This document shows, in pieces, positions 7,763 to 16,944 of a DNA stretch of 42,755 nucleotides. The notes under the pieces are model-generated. The model saw only the letters and a program-made list of their open reading frames with translations. It searched no databases and had not been told where the DNA came from. Made by a program: the position numbers and the translations under genes. The stretch's first letter is position 1. Every line of letters begins with the position of its first letter. This DNA comes from a virus (lineage: Duplodnaviria > Caudoviricetes), in the IMG/VR virus record IMGVR_UViG_3300017832_000054, positions 1-42,755 of that record. One strand, 5' to 3'.

Positions 7763-8292
7763 ATTGGAAATCCTTTTTGGAGCAATTTGATCAAGATTGG
7801 CAAGAAATTCATGTGGATCCGTCTGGTAACGTTCGGTTGCCGGATGGTAATTATCAGGTGGCCGTAGATTCCACATATATCGAAGAGTCACAAAACGGAA
7901 GAGTGCTATGGAAAACGACATTCAAGGTTCTGACCGGTGATTACCAAGGGCGGCTCATTTTCCTGACGCATGCAATCGATGATCCGGACCGTTTGCAGTT
8001 CGTGAAGCAAGATTGTTATCGTTTGGGATTTCCCATCACAAAGCTGTCTGACTTACCAGATGTTTTAGAGCAAATGCTCGATGTAAAAGTTGAGGTTCGC
8101 CTTAAAACAAACGGGGAATATCAAAACTGCTACATTCAAAAACGCCTGGATGGACAAGCGGCAACCGGAACGCCGACTGGTGAACAAGCCCGTACCAACA
8201 GAAAACGTGGCGGAGGAAGAAAAATCGGCTCAGCAATTCCACCTGAAGTGAATAACTTTTTCGGGGTTTCCGATGACGACTTGCCGTTTTAA
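7759..8292 (+). CDS. Phage ssDNA-binding protein (DUF669-like)
   Basis: LPDGNYQVAV N-terminal motif, flexible linker, C-terminal SDDDLPF. Confidence 0.82.
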   Translation: MNWKSFLEQFDQDWQEIHVDPSGNVRLPDGNYQVAVDSTYIEESQNGRVLWKTTFKVLTGDYQGRLIFLTHAIDDPDRLQFVKQDCYRLGFPITKLSDLPDVLEQMLDVKVEVRLKTNGEYQNCYIQKRLDGQAATGTPTGEQARTNRKRGGGRKIGSAIPPEVNNFFGVSDDDLPF

Positions 8293-8309
8293 AGGGGGAT
8301 GGATGAACA

Positions 8310-10232
8310 TTGACAACACTAAATGATGCACAGCAACAAGCTGTCGAGCACTTAGACGGGCCGTGTTGTGTCATTGCCGGAGCAGGATCCGGGAAAACCC
8401 TGGTCCTGACACACCGGATTGCACGCCTCATTGAGAAAGGGATTCCGGCGGAATCCATCATGGCCTGCACGTTTACGAGGAAAGCAGCCGGGGAGATGGC
8501 CGAGCGCCTGGAACCGCTTATCGGCCGGGAAGCGGACCTGCTCAACCTTGGGACCATTCATTCCATGTGTTATCGCATTTTACGTGAAGAATGGCGGAAT
8601 ACGGGAGAGGAATATGAGCTGCTGAATGAATACTGGCAGAAACGATTTGTGAAAGACATCCTGGCGCCACCAGGGCCAAAAAATCCGGACGGCTTGAATT
8701 GGGATCTGGACATTTCAGCAGCGATTGGTTTTATCAGCCATCAGAAAAATGAACTCATTACACCAGCGATGTTCCGGAAGAAAATCAATCCTGAAATCAT
8801 GGACGCTTATCGTTATGCAAGGCTATATGAGCTGTACGAAGCCAGGAAGGAACGGGAACGGAAACTGGACTTTGACGATATGCTGATTCGGTGCTACTAC
8901 CTTTTGGCTGAAAACCCGGCCATCCTGGCCAAATACCAGCAACGGTACAAATACATTTTGGTGGACGAATTCCAGGACACGAACCGGGCGCAATGGGAAA
9001 TCATCCGGATGCTGGCCGAACCGGAAAACAATTTGTTTGTCGTCGGGGACGATTGGCAGAGCATTTACGGCTGGCGCGGCGCCCGGCCGGAATACATTGT
9101 GAGATTTCAGGACTGGTATCCGGATGCAGAGGTGATTGTCCTGGATACGAATTATCGTTGCAACAAACATATCATCGACCTGTCAAATGCGGTAATTCGT
9201 CACAATACTGACCAATTTCCCAAAGTGGTATTGGCCCATCGGCCTGCCGGAAAGGAGCCAATCCGGATGAACGCCAGCGATGAAGAGCACGAAGCGGAGC
9301 TGGTCGTACAAGAAATTCAGACGTTGATGAAGAACGGCATGGAGCCCGGACATTTTGCAATCCTTTACCGAACAAACGCACAGAGCCGTGCTTTTGAAGA
9401 CCGTTTGGTAAAAGAAAACATCCCATACGTCATCATTGGCAGCGCTGGGTTTTATGGCCGGAAAGAAGTCAAAGACATCATCGCTTACCTTCGGACGGTC
9501 CATGACCCTGAAAGTAACGAGGAAGCCATCAAGCGAATCCTGAACGTTCCAACCAGGTTCCTTGGCCGGGTCTTTGTACAACAAGTGGAAATGCACGCCA
9601 TCCAAAATGGGACAAGCTTTTGGCAAGCATTACGTGAAATCCCTGCAAAGCCATTCCAAAAGCAACGTGTCAATGAATTTATCCAAATAATAGAGTTTTT
9701 GCGGAGTCAGAACACGACGCCTCAGAATACGACGCCGGCGCATCTCATCCAATTGGTCCGTGAAGCAACCGAATACGATGATTGGCTGAAACGAGAAGAA
9801 GGAGATGCAGAGGGCGAGGGCAACACCCGGATTGAAAACCTGAACGAATTGCAATCCGCAGCATCACGTTATGACACGCTCCGGGAGTTTTTGGATTTCG
9901 TGGAAATGATGGAGTCGAGGACCGCGCAACCGGATGAGGAACGCAATGCGGTGCAGTTGATGACCATCCACCGGAGCAAAGGATTGGAGTTCCCTGTCGT
10001 GTTTCTGGCGGGAATGGTGAACGGACTGCTACCGCATAAAAATGCAATTCAGTACATGGATGGGATAATCATCCCCGAATCTTGCGCAGAAGAACGGCGC
10101 CTGTGCTACGTGGGAATGACCAGGGCAAAGGATTTACTGTACTTGAGCTGCTTTGAATCCTATCAAGGCAAGACAATGGAACCATCCATCTTCTTCGAAG
10201 AGATGACCGAGCAATTTAGAGACGCAGTTTGA
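8310..10232 (+). CDS. PcrA/UvrD-family SF1A helicase
   Basis: LNDAQ, AGAGSGKT, TFTRKAA, VDEFQD, VGDDWQSIYGWRGA, NYR, AILYRTN, MTIHRSKGLEF and EERRLCYVGMTRAK. Confidence 0.96.
   Translation: MTTLNDAQQQAVEHLDGPCCVIAGAGSGKTLVLTHRIARLIEKGIPAESIMACTFTRKAAGEMAERLEPLIGREADLLNLGTIHSMCYRILREEWRNTGEEYELLNEYWQKRFVKDILAPPGPKNPDGLNWDLDISAAIGFISHQKNELITPAMFRKKINPEIMDAYRYARLYELYEARKERERKLDFDDMLIRCYYLLAENPAILAKYQQRYKYILVDEFQDTNRAQWEIIRMLAEPENNLFVVGDDWQSIYGWRGARPEYIVRFQDWYPDAEVIVLDTNYRCNKHIIDLSNAVIRHNTDQFPKVVLAHRPAGKEPIRMNASDEEHEAELVVQEIQTLMKNGMEPGHFAILYRTNAQSRAFEDRLVKENIPYVIIGSAGFYGRKEVKDIIAYLRTVHDPESNEEAIKRILNVPTRFLGRVFVQQVEMHAIQNGTSFWQALREIPAKPFQKQRVNEFIQIIEFLRSQNTTPQNTTPAHLIQLVREATEYDDWLKREEGDAEGEGNTRIENLNELQSAASRYDTLREFLDFVEMMESRTAQPDEERNAVQLMTIHRSKGLEFPVVFLAGMVNGLLPHKNAIQYMDGIIIPESCAEERRLCYVGMTRAKDLLYLSCFESYQGKTMEPSIFFEEMTEQFRDAV
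9707..9736 (+). repeat. 15-bp tandem duplication (QNTTP x2) inside the helicase
   Basis: TCAGAACACGACGCC TCAGAATACGACGCC, one mismatch. Confidence 0.85.
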
Positions 10233-10241
10233 TACGAGCAG

Positions 10242-11162
10242 GTGAGTCCAGTGAAAGAGGCCTACTACTTTTCTCACGATAGCAATGCCAGACATGATCC
10301 GAATATTTTGGCCATGCGTAGCATCTACGGCATGGAAGGTTATGGAAGGTATTGGGTGCTGATTGAGATGCTACGCGAGCAATCGGACTACAAATTACAA
10401 ATCACGAAATACACATGGAATGCGTTAGCAATGCAAATGCAATGCAGTGCAGAAGAGGCGCAGAAGTTCGTATCAGACTGCATAAATGAGTTCAATTTGT
10501 TGTGTTCAGATGGTGAATTTATATGGAGTGAATCGTTGATTAGGAGGATGGAAGGACGAACAAGCAAGTCTGAAAAAGCACGAAAAGCAGCACAGGCAAG
10601 ATGGGGTAAAAAGGACGAAAAAAACCAGAAAAATCAAGGCTCCATGCATCTGCAAAGTAGTGAAAACACAAGCAATGCAAATGCAGATGCAGATGCATAT
10701 GCGGATGCAATGCAATGGCATTGCGAGAGCAATGCCATAAAAGAAAAGAAAGAAAAAGAAAAGAAAGGAAAGGAAAAGAAAGAGGATGCATTGCATGCAT
10801 CCGATGCGCATGCATCATCCCTGCATTCTTCTCAAACTCAAGTTTCGGATTATGAGCGGGACATCCTGTCCGAATTGTGGAAGGTGGAAAACTATCCCGC
10901 TGACGAGGCCAAGGACTTAGAGCTAATCCGGACCCTTGCAGAAGAGTACCCAACGGTTGAACTGCTTTTGGAAGCGCGGAAGTGGCGAACTTACAAGTTG
11001 GACAAGCCACTCATACCAGGTAAGCACAATCCGCGATCACAGTTTAGGTCTTGGATCAAGAAAGCTGCAGAGTGGCAGCAGGAAAGCGATAAACCGGACG
11101 AATCCAGCTATGAGCCTCCTTACTGGCAAAAGTGGAAACCTGATGAGGATGACGGGGTATGA
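10242..11162 (+). CDS. Replication initiator (DUF4373 / Lin1244-like N-terminal domain)
   Basis: YFSHDSNARHDP..YGMEGYGRYWVLIEML; low-complexity linker with KEKKEKEKKGKE; upstream of helicase. Confidence 0.85.
   Translation: MSPVKEAYYFSHDSNARHDPNILAMRSIYGMEGYGRYWVLIEMLREQSDYKLQITKYTWNALAMQMQCSAEEAQKFVSDCINEFNLLCSDGEFIWSESLIRRMEGRTSKSEKARKAAQARWGKKDEKNQKNQGSMHLQSSENTSNANADADAYADAMQWHCESNAIKEKKEKEKKGKEKKEDALHASDAHASSLHSSQTQVSDYERDILSELWKVENYPADEAKDLELIRTLAEEYPTVELLLEARKWRTYKLDKPLIPGKHNPRSQFRSWIKKAAEWQQESDKPDESSYEPPYWQKWKPDEDDGV
10643..10827. repeat. Putative replication origin: ATGCA iteron cluster, purine tract and palindromes inside the initiator gene
   Basis: AATGCAAATGCAGATGCAGATGCATATGCGGATGCAATGCAATG, then an A/G tract at about 10739-10785, then GGATGCA-TTGCA-TGCATCC and GATGC-GCAT-GCATC. 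Confidence 0.7.
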
Positions 11163-12496
11163 ACGAACTGTACAGTCCTCACAACCTGGAAGCGGAACAG
11201 TCAGTCATCGGAGCGCTATTGCTGGAACCTGAGCTGATTTATGATGCCGCCGAAAAGTTAAAACCATCGCACTTCTACATCGTGGCACACCGGATCATTT
11301 ACGAGACGATTTTGAAGCAGGTGGAATCCGGGAAACCCGTTGACATTGTGACACTTGGAGCAGAACTGTCACAACATGATGCGTTTAAGGATCGGGAGGT
11401 AATCACTTACCTGGCGGACTTGGCCGGAACCGTGCCAACAACCGCAACGTTTGGAAGGTACGTTGAACTGGTTCTGGAAGAAGCCATTCGACGCCAAATA
11501 TTCATGCTCGGTAAACGCCTGATGGAAAAGGCAAGGGACAGAAGTGAGCAGGTAGCCGACATCCTGGACAAAGCTGAACAACATGTCTTGTCGCTGTCCA
11601 TGGCAGCTGCTGATGATGGTCCGCAACCAATCGGTGAAATCGCGGGTGAGCGATGGAACTATTTGTACAGCACACGAAACAACCCTGGCGTGTTGGGAAT
11701 CAGCACGGGATTTGTAGACCTCGACAGGATGCTTGGAGGACTGGAACCGGGCGAGTACATTTTGCTGGCTGCCAGGCCAAGCATGGGGAAAACAGCCTGC
11801 AGCCTACAAATAGCCCGTCACGTTGCCGGCCTCGGAAAGGGAACAGTCTTGTTTTACAGTCTCGAAATGTCGAAAGAGATGCTTGCTGACAGATATGTAT
11901 GCGCGGACGCAAAGCTATCTCACACGAAACTGAAAAGGCGGGAGCTGACTGAGCAGGAATGGGACAAGGGAGCTCAAGCTCTTATCCAGCTGTCGCAATT
12001 GGACTTACGGATTGATGACCGTGCAAATACCACCAGTGCCATGCGCTCGATTGCGAGAAAGGTAAAGCGTGAAAGTGGGCTGGCGCTTATCGTGATTGAC
12101 TACCTACAGTTTATCGGGGACAAGCCCGAGCGCGGTCATAACTCACAGAATGATATTGTTTCGGCCATATCCAAACGGTTGAAAGGTTTAGCAAAAGAGC
12201 TCCGTGTACCGGTTATTGCCTTGTCCCAATTAAGTAGGGCCACCGAGAGACGTGGGGACCACCGGCCGATGCTTTCAGACCTTCGTGATAGCGGGAGCCT
12301 TGAGCAGGACGCTGACCAAGTGTGGTTTATCCATCGACCAGAGTACTATAACCCAGATGACAAGCCTGGGATTGCAGAAATCATTGTGGCAAAGAACCGA
12401 AACGGCCCGACCGGTGTAATTGAGCTGAGTTTTCTCAAGCAATATGCATTGTTTGGGAACTTGGCAAGGACAGGGGGCGGGAAACGTGACCGTTGA
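11159..12496 (+). CDS. dnaB: Replicative DNA helicase (DnaB family)
   Basis: AARPSMGKT, SLEMS, IDYLQ, LSQLSR, LSDLRDSGSLEQDAD and KNRNGPTG. Confidence 0.96.
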   Translation: MNELYSPHNLEAEQSVIGALLLEPELIYDAAEKLKPSHFYIVAHRIIYETILKQVESGKPVDIVTLGAELSQHDAFKDREVITYLADLAGTVPTTATFGRYVELVLEEAIRRQIFMLGKRLMEKARDRSEQVADILDKAEQHVLSLSMAAADDGPQPIGEIAGERWNYLYSTRNNPGVLGISTGFVDLDRMLGGLEPGEYILLAARPSMGKTACSLQIARHVAGLGKGTVLFYSLEMSKEMLADRYVCADAKLSHTKLKRRELTEQEWDKGAQALIQLSQLDLRIDDRANTTSAMRSIARKVKRESGLALIVIDYLQFIGDKPERGHNSQNDIVSAISKRLKGLAKELRVPVIALSQLSRATERRGDHRPMLSDLRDSGSLEQDADQVWFIHRPEYYNPDDKPGIAEIIVAKNRNGPTGVIELSFLKQYALFGNLARTGGGKRDR

Positions 12497-12782
12497 ACAA
12501 CGCGGAACATGGTATGTATCTGATTGCCCGGCGGTCCTTCACATTCCGTTCAAGGTGACAGAGGTGAATTTTTACAACCTCGGTTATTACACCGTAATGG
12601 TTGATTTGGATTATAGATTCAGGCCCGAACATGAACGGATTGTCATTGAGCCGCGGGAAATTGTCAGGGAAAGACGGTTAAAACATCCGACTGACATTTT
12701 GATTGTTCGCACAAATCAACGTATATCACCACTGTACTATCTCTTGAAGGGAGAGGAAACCGATGGCAGTCAAGTATCTTGA
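12486..12782 (+). CDS. Hypothetical protein
   Basis: Fills the operon between helicase and peptidase; GTG 12486 after a G-rich RBS. Confidence 0.6.
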   Translation: MTVEQRGTWYVSDCPAVLHIPFKVTEVNFYNLGYYTVMVDLDYRFRPEHERIVIEPREIVRERRLKHPTDILIVRTNQRISPLYYLLKGEETDGSQVS

Positions 12783-13269
12783 TGCTCCGGAAGTCAGCCA
12801 TATTGTGAATGGACTGATAAAACAGAACAGGGAATTCAAGCATTTGCGTGAAGCCAAGATTCTTTGCCGTTTCAGAATTGGACAATGGTCGTCCAGAGGG
12901 AAAATGATACTTGGTCAGGCAAAGGTGCTTTCCGCTTTCGAGCGCTTTGAAACCGGGGCCGAATTGGCTGTGATTGTGAACGGAGATATTTGGGATACCT
13001 TGACAAATCACCAGAAGGAAGCGCTGGTGCATCACGAACTTTGCCACTTTGAACAAATGACCAACAAAGAAGGGGAGCCGAAATACGACGACAACGACAG
13101 GCCAATGTACAAAATTGTCGGTCATGATTTGGAGGAGTTTTCAGCAGTCGTTAAGCGTTATGGCTTGTGGATGGAGGACGTGAAGCAGCTGGTGAAAGCA
13201 GCGGATGAGCACAGGCAACTCTCGATGAAATTTGAGGAGGACAAGCCTGAGCTGGTGGTAGTAAAGTGA
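12763..13269 (+). CDS. Putative phage metallopeptidase
   Basis: ALVHHELCH (HExxH) and HDLEEFSAVVKRYGLW. Confidence 0.8.
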   Translation: MAVKYLDAPEVSHIVNGLIKQNREFKHLREAKILCRFRIGQWSSRGKMILGQAKVLSAFERFETGAELAVIVNGDIWDTLTNHQKEALVHHELCHFEQMTNKEGEPKYDDNDRPMYKIVGHDLEEFSAVVKRYGLWMEDVKQLVKAADEHRQLSMKFEEDKPELVVVK

Positions 13270-13688
13270 TTGAGTTTGTTGTTTATGGTGAGCCGGTTGC
13301 CCAGGGTCGACCGAGGGCAACCGTGATAAACGGGCACGTGAGGATGTACGACCCAAAAAAATCAAGGGATTACAAGGACTATATTCGATTGGCAGCATCA
13401 GAACACGCACCTGAAACGCTTTTGGAAGGCCCTATTTCACTTTGGATAAAGGTATATCGTCCCACCCCGAAAAGTTTCAGTATGAGGAAAAAGAAGCTGG
13501 CGGAGTTAGGACGATTGAGGCCAGTCACCAAGCCGGACGTAGACAACTATGTGAAGTCGATTAAAGACGCATTAAAAAATGTCATCTGGAAAGATGACAG
13601 CCAAGTCGTCAAGGTTGTCGCGGAAAAGTACTACAGTCAAAAGCCGAGGATTGAGGTAAAGATTGAGCTGTTGTGTGAAGAAAGGTAG
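13266..13688 (+). CDS. rusA: RusA-family Holliday junction resolvase
   Basis: GEPVAQGRPR and KPDVDNYVKSIKDALKNVIWKDDSQVV. Confidence 0.93.
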   Translation: MIEFVVYGEPVAQGRPRATVINGHVRMYDPKKSRDYKDYIRLAASEHAPETLLEGPISLWIKVYRPTPKSFSMRKKKLAELGRLRPVTKPDVDNYVKSIKDALKNVIWKDDSQVVKVVAEKYYSQKPRIEVKIELLCEER

Positions 13689-13700
13689 GGAGGCGAAACA

Positions 13701-14258
13701 ATGATCGTCGACATCTACATCCGCAACGGTGACAAGACGGTGAAGTTTAAAATCAACGATTTGGATTGGGGACAAATAGTTGAGTTATTGGAAAAGTGCT
13801 TTGGGTTTGTTCATGAAAAAGTGAGAAAAAAAGAACAGTCAACGGTAACGGTTGAGCCAGCAATCATGGTTAAACGGCAAATCGAGGTAAATGAACGGGA
13901 ACCAGAACACTGGAAGACAGGAATCATGAACAAGGAAGGCGTGCCGCATTACAAGCTCCGTTTGGAGTGCCCGAATTGCGGTATCAAAAAGAATCTCTAT
14001 AAGCCGTTGGGAATTGAAAAAGTCGAATGCCGGGAGTGCAACGCACTTGTAAAGGTCGAACCTGCAACGGAAAAAGGCTTTGGGCCGACAGAAGAACACC
14101 GGGACACATGGGGCAATTTCATGATTGCACGTAAACCGGCAAATCGTCCGCGCCAGTTGCCGATGTTGGGACAGGAAACAAGAAGCACATTTCCAATCGC
14201 AGAACTGATTACGGAGGCTGAGAGAAATGAGCTTGTTGATGGCAATCGAGAAGGCTAA
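13701..14258 (+). CDS. Zn-ribbon hypothetical protein
   Basis: RBS GGGAGG; CPNC..CREC. Confidence 0.75.
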   Translation: MIVDIYIRNGDKTVKFKINDLDWGQIVELLEKCFGFVHEKVRKKEQSTVTVEPAIMVKRQIEVNEREPEHWKTGIMNKEGVPHYKLRLECPNCGIKKNLYKPLGIEKVECRECNALVKVEPATEKGFGPTEEHRDTWGNFMIARKPANRPRQLPMLGQETRSTFPIAELITEAERNELVDGNREG

Positions 14259-14370
14259 GGAAATGACACACCACCGCTGCGAAAAATGTGGCGTTAATCT
14301 GACACATATTGAGACCGAGGAATACGGCTGTTGCATGAACTGTGTGAAAGAGGCGGAGGATGATGACTGA
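14239..14370 (+). CDS. Small Cys-rich protein (start uncertain, 14239 or 14263; not in ORF track)
   Basis: Open frame ..HRCEKCGVNL..YGCCMNCVKE.. Confidence 0.5.
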   Translation: MAIEKAKEMTHHRCEKCGVNLTHIETEEYGCCMNCVKEAEDDD

Positions 14371-14387
14371 ATATTGAGGTGGTGGTT

Positions 14388-14564
14388 ATGCCTAGGCGAA
14401 AGAAAAACGCGCGTATTGAGCGGCGCAGGCCGCTCCCGTGCAAATTAACAGGATATGTGCGTGTGATGTTAGGTAGGCAGAAACGGGAACATGATAATCC
14501 CCGTCCTGGTGTTGTGGTCGCTGTTGGGGAGTGGATCCCTGGGGAGGAGGTTGCAAAACGATGA
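14388..14564 (+). CDS. Basic hypothetical protein
   Basis: RBS GAGGTGG; ATGA overlap with the next gene. Confidence 0.55.
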   Translation: MPRRKKNARIERRRPLPCKLTGYVRVMLGRQKREHDNPRPGVVVAVGEWIPGEEVAKR

Positions 14565-14956
14565 AACCAAACAGTGATGTGGTGCGGAGTTTTGATCCAA
14601 AGTTTTTCCGATGGACAAACGGCACAGAGGAACACGGATCTAAGAAAGAAATGAGAATCAGAATTTATAAGCAAGGAACAATCTTTATATCTTCGCTTGC
14701 CGCCAAAAAATTTGCCGAGCATACCAGCATGACGGAAGGCGGTTTTTACCGGGCAGAAATAGGTATTGCGAAAAAGGCAATAGCGATTAGACCCTTGCCA
14801 CCAGAAGAAAGTGGTTACAGATTCAGACCATCAAAGGCTGGCGGATTGGTTGCAAGTTGCTCCAAACTTGTGAAGACGCTTGAATGGGATCTGCCGCTTG
14901 TTGCTGTGGCGTCATGGGATGAGCGGCACAAAATGTTGGTTGCTAAGATAGGGTGA
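14561..14956 (+). CDS. Hypothetical protein
   Basis: RBS GGAGGAGG before ATG 14561. Confidence 0.7.
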   Translation: MKPNSDVVRSFDPKFFRWTNGTEEHGSKKEMRIRIYKQGTIFISSLAAKKFAEHTSMTEGGFYRAEIGIAKKAIAIRPLPPEESGYRFRPSKAGGLVASCSKLVKTLEWDLPLVAVASWDERHKMLVAKIG

Positions 14957-15195
14957 GAGATATGCAGGGTAATACCTGGCACAAAAGGACGAAGCACTGG
15001 ACTGAATTGCGACGTCGCTTAGTGACTGCGGATAGAGTTTACGAGTGCGGAGGCTGTCTGGAGCCAATATGTCCGGGAGAAGAATGCGAGGAAAGATTTT
15101 CTTACGGCCGTGTTGTGGTCAGGCTGTGCAGGCGTTGTACTTGGTTAAAGATGCCGGAAGGAAAGAAAAGAGGGATGAAAAATGAACAACATTGA
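14953..15195 (+). CDS. Small Zn-finger protein
   Basis: CGGC..CRRC; GTGA coupling. Confidence 0.6.
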   Translation: MRDMQGNTWHKRTKHWTELRRRLVTADRVYECGGCLEPICPGEECEERFSYGRVVVRLCRRCTWLKMPEGKKRGMKNEQH

Positions 15196-15595
15196 TGCAT
15201 TGCAAATTATATCCCAATTCATTTCCTCGTTTCAAAATGTCCGTTCTGTTGTCCAAGAGTGTGAGGCAGAAGTTTCATACCGAGACAACGAATATAATGA
15301 TTTGACTCATGCACTTGAACTTACTACGTTCGACGCAGCTTCGGGGTATAAGCTGGCAAAACAATTGAAAGAGAACCGAATAAAACGGCGTAAGGTAAAG
15401 GACCAGCTTGCTCAATTACAGCCATTATTATCGCTCATGAATCGGTATCAAAACTTCTTCCACGATATGAAGAAACTGAGAACGGAGATAGAAAAAATCA
15501 GAGCAATGCAACAAAACAGGATTTACACTCCGAGGGCGCGGACAGACATGATGGAAGCTTTTGAGCGGGCGTTGGCAAAGAAAGCAAATGGATGA
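15182..15595 (+). CDS. Coiled-coil hypothetical phage protein
   Basis: [32 protein letters not shown], a pattern seen in Firmicutes phage early genes. Confidence 0.75.
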   Translation: MNNIDALQIISQFISSFQNVRSVVQECEAEVSYRDNEYNDLTHALELTTFDAASGYKLAKQLKENRIKRRKVKDQLAQLQPLLSLMNRYQNFFHDMKKLRTEIEKIRAMQQNRIYTPRARTDMMEAFERALAKKANG

Positions 15596-15624
15596 GATTT
15601 AGGTCTTATGAGGTGAAAGTTCCC

Positions 15625-15999
15625 ATGACCCACGAACTGAAAATATGGCCGGAGTATTTTCAAGCTGTTTGGGACGGCCGTAAAACATTTGAGATACGTA
15701 AAAAAGATCGCGATTACCAAGTTGGGGATTACCTAAAGTTGTTGGAGTTTGATCCAGATAAGCAGGATTTTACGGGAAGCGGTCTTCTGGTGAGAGTGAC
15801 GTACATCTTGGACGACCCGGCATTTGTAAAAGATGGGTTTGTTGTGATGGGGATTCAAAAAATGAGTGATGTTTTTTGCGAAAGCAGGTCAAAGATATTT
15901 AGGCAAGCGTTAAGCGAAATAGTGGAGCTTTTGGAAGAAGACTACTACGAATATTGGGATAAATGCGTTGAGATAGCCAAGGATGCATTGAAATACTAA
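15625..15999 (+). CDS. DUF3850 / ASCH-PUA-like protein
   Basis: [33 protein letters not shown]; RBS GAGGTGA. Confidence 0.85.
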   Translation: MTHELKIWPEYFQAVWDGRKTFEIRKKDRDYQVGDYLKLLEFDPDKQDFTGSGLLVRVTYILDDPAFVKDGFVVMGIQKMSDVFCESRSKIFRQALSEIVELLEEDYYEYWDKCVEIAKDALKY

Positions 16000-16025
16000 G
16001 ACACATTCGACCAATGATGTGAAAT
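15998..16025. repeat. dif/Xer-like site A: AAGACACATTC-GACCAA-TGATGTGAAAT
   Basis: CACAT-N10-ATGTG inverted repeat overlapping the upstream stop codon; related to sites B, C and D. Confidence 0.6.
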
Positions 16026-16041
16026 AACAGGGGGTATCACA

Positions 16042-16341
16042 ATGGATAAATTTGAATCGTTAGGCTTTACTGCAGTTGTAACGAATGACAAGTTGAGGAT
16101 TGAAATTCCAATTAAAAATTTGGTTCAAGGGTTTGAGGCAAGCCCAAACAACTACCGTGATGCAACAGTAAAACGTGGATACAGAAAAGATTTTGCAAAG
16201 TACGTTGCTAAGAGATTGGTATGCGGCAGTGATCCAGATACAGGCGATAGTCCGATTATGGAAGCAATTGAAAGTGTTTTTGAAGAGTTGTTTGAATGTG
16301 CAGAGGATTTTATTAAGTATCCAGACGATGAGGATTATTGA
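16042..16341 (+). CDS. Hypothetical protein lying exactly between sites A and B
   Basis: RBS AGGGGGT; AT-rich 99-aa ORF. Confidence 0.8.
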   Translation: MDKFESLGFTAVVTNDKLRIEIPIKNLVQGFEASPNNYRDATVKRGYRKDFAKYVAKRLVCGSDPDTGDSPIMEAIESVFEELFECAEDFIKYPDDEDY

Positions 16342-16367
16342 TGAACATTCCGTAGATAATGCGTTAG
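16340..16367. repeat. dif/Xer-like site B: GATGAACATTC-CGTAGA-TAATGCGTTAG
   Basis: Shares ACATTC-N5-ATRATGYG with site A and the same offset to the upstream stop codon. Confidence 0.6.
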
Positions 16368-16381
16368 AAAGGAGAATTTTA

Positions 16382-16726
16382 ATGTCAGTAAAGATCGACG
16401 GTAAACTCGTTTTTACAAAAGAAATGGCAAATGTATTTCAAGCAAAAGTGATTGAGTGCCCTGATTGCGGATTCTGTTTTGATATTACTCACGAATTAGA
16501 TGGGAATGACGGATTGTATTCATGTCCAAGTTGCAACGAAGACAACTTACTTACGGAAATTTATCACTTAAAAAGAAAAGATGAGATTTACAAAGAACGA
16601 CTTGAGCGAGTCAAAGCAATTGTCGATGTTATGGAGCAAAGCGGAGATATCGATCTGACGACGCTGACACAACTTAGACTGGCTCTCGAGTGGTTACCGG
16701 AAAGAGATGGAGTTGAATCATTATGA
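16382..16726 (+). CDS. Zn-ribbon hypothetical protein
   Basis: RBS AAAGGAG before ATG 16382; CPDC..CPSC. Confidence 0.75.
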   Translation: MSVKIDGKLVFTKEMANVFQAKVIECPDCGFCFDITHELDGNDGLYSCPSCNEDNLLTEIYHLKRKDEIYKERLERVKAIVDVMEQSGDIDLTTLTQLRLALEWLPERDGVESL

Positions 16727-16926
16727 AAAAAACACATCGCCTAATACGAACAAGCCGTCGTGTGAGTTCTGAAACCGGTGTTGCAATTGATGCAATGATT
16801 GTGAATGAGATGCCAGTTACACGATGTCAGATGGCTAAGAAGGAAATCTTGAATGTTTTGCTCCGGCTTCCGCCGGCTGAACGGCGATCTGTGTTGGTGG
16901 ATGTAGCGAGGCATTTGGAAAAGTAG
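16723..16926 (+). CDS. Hypothetical protein
   Basis: ATGA overlap; GGAG RBS. Confidence 0.6.
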   Translation: MKKTHRLIRTSRRVSSETGVAIDAMIVNEMPVTRCQMAKKEILNVLLRLPPAERRSVLVDVARHLEK

Positions 16927-16944
16927 ATACTCCCCTTTCAGGGG

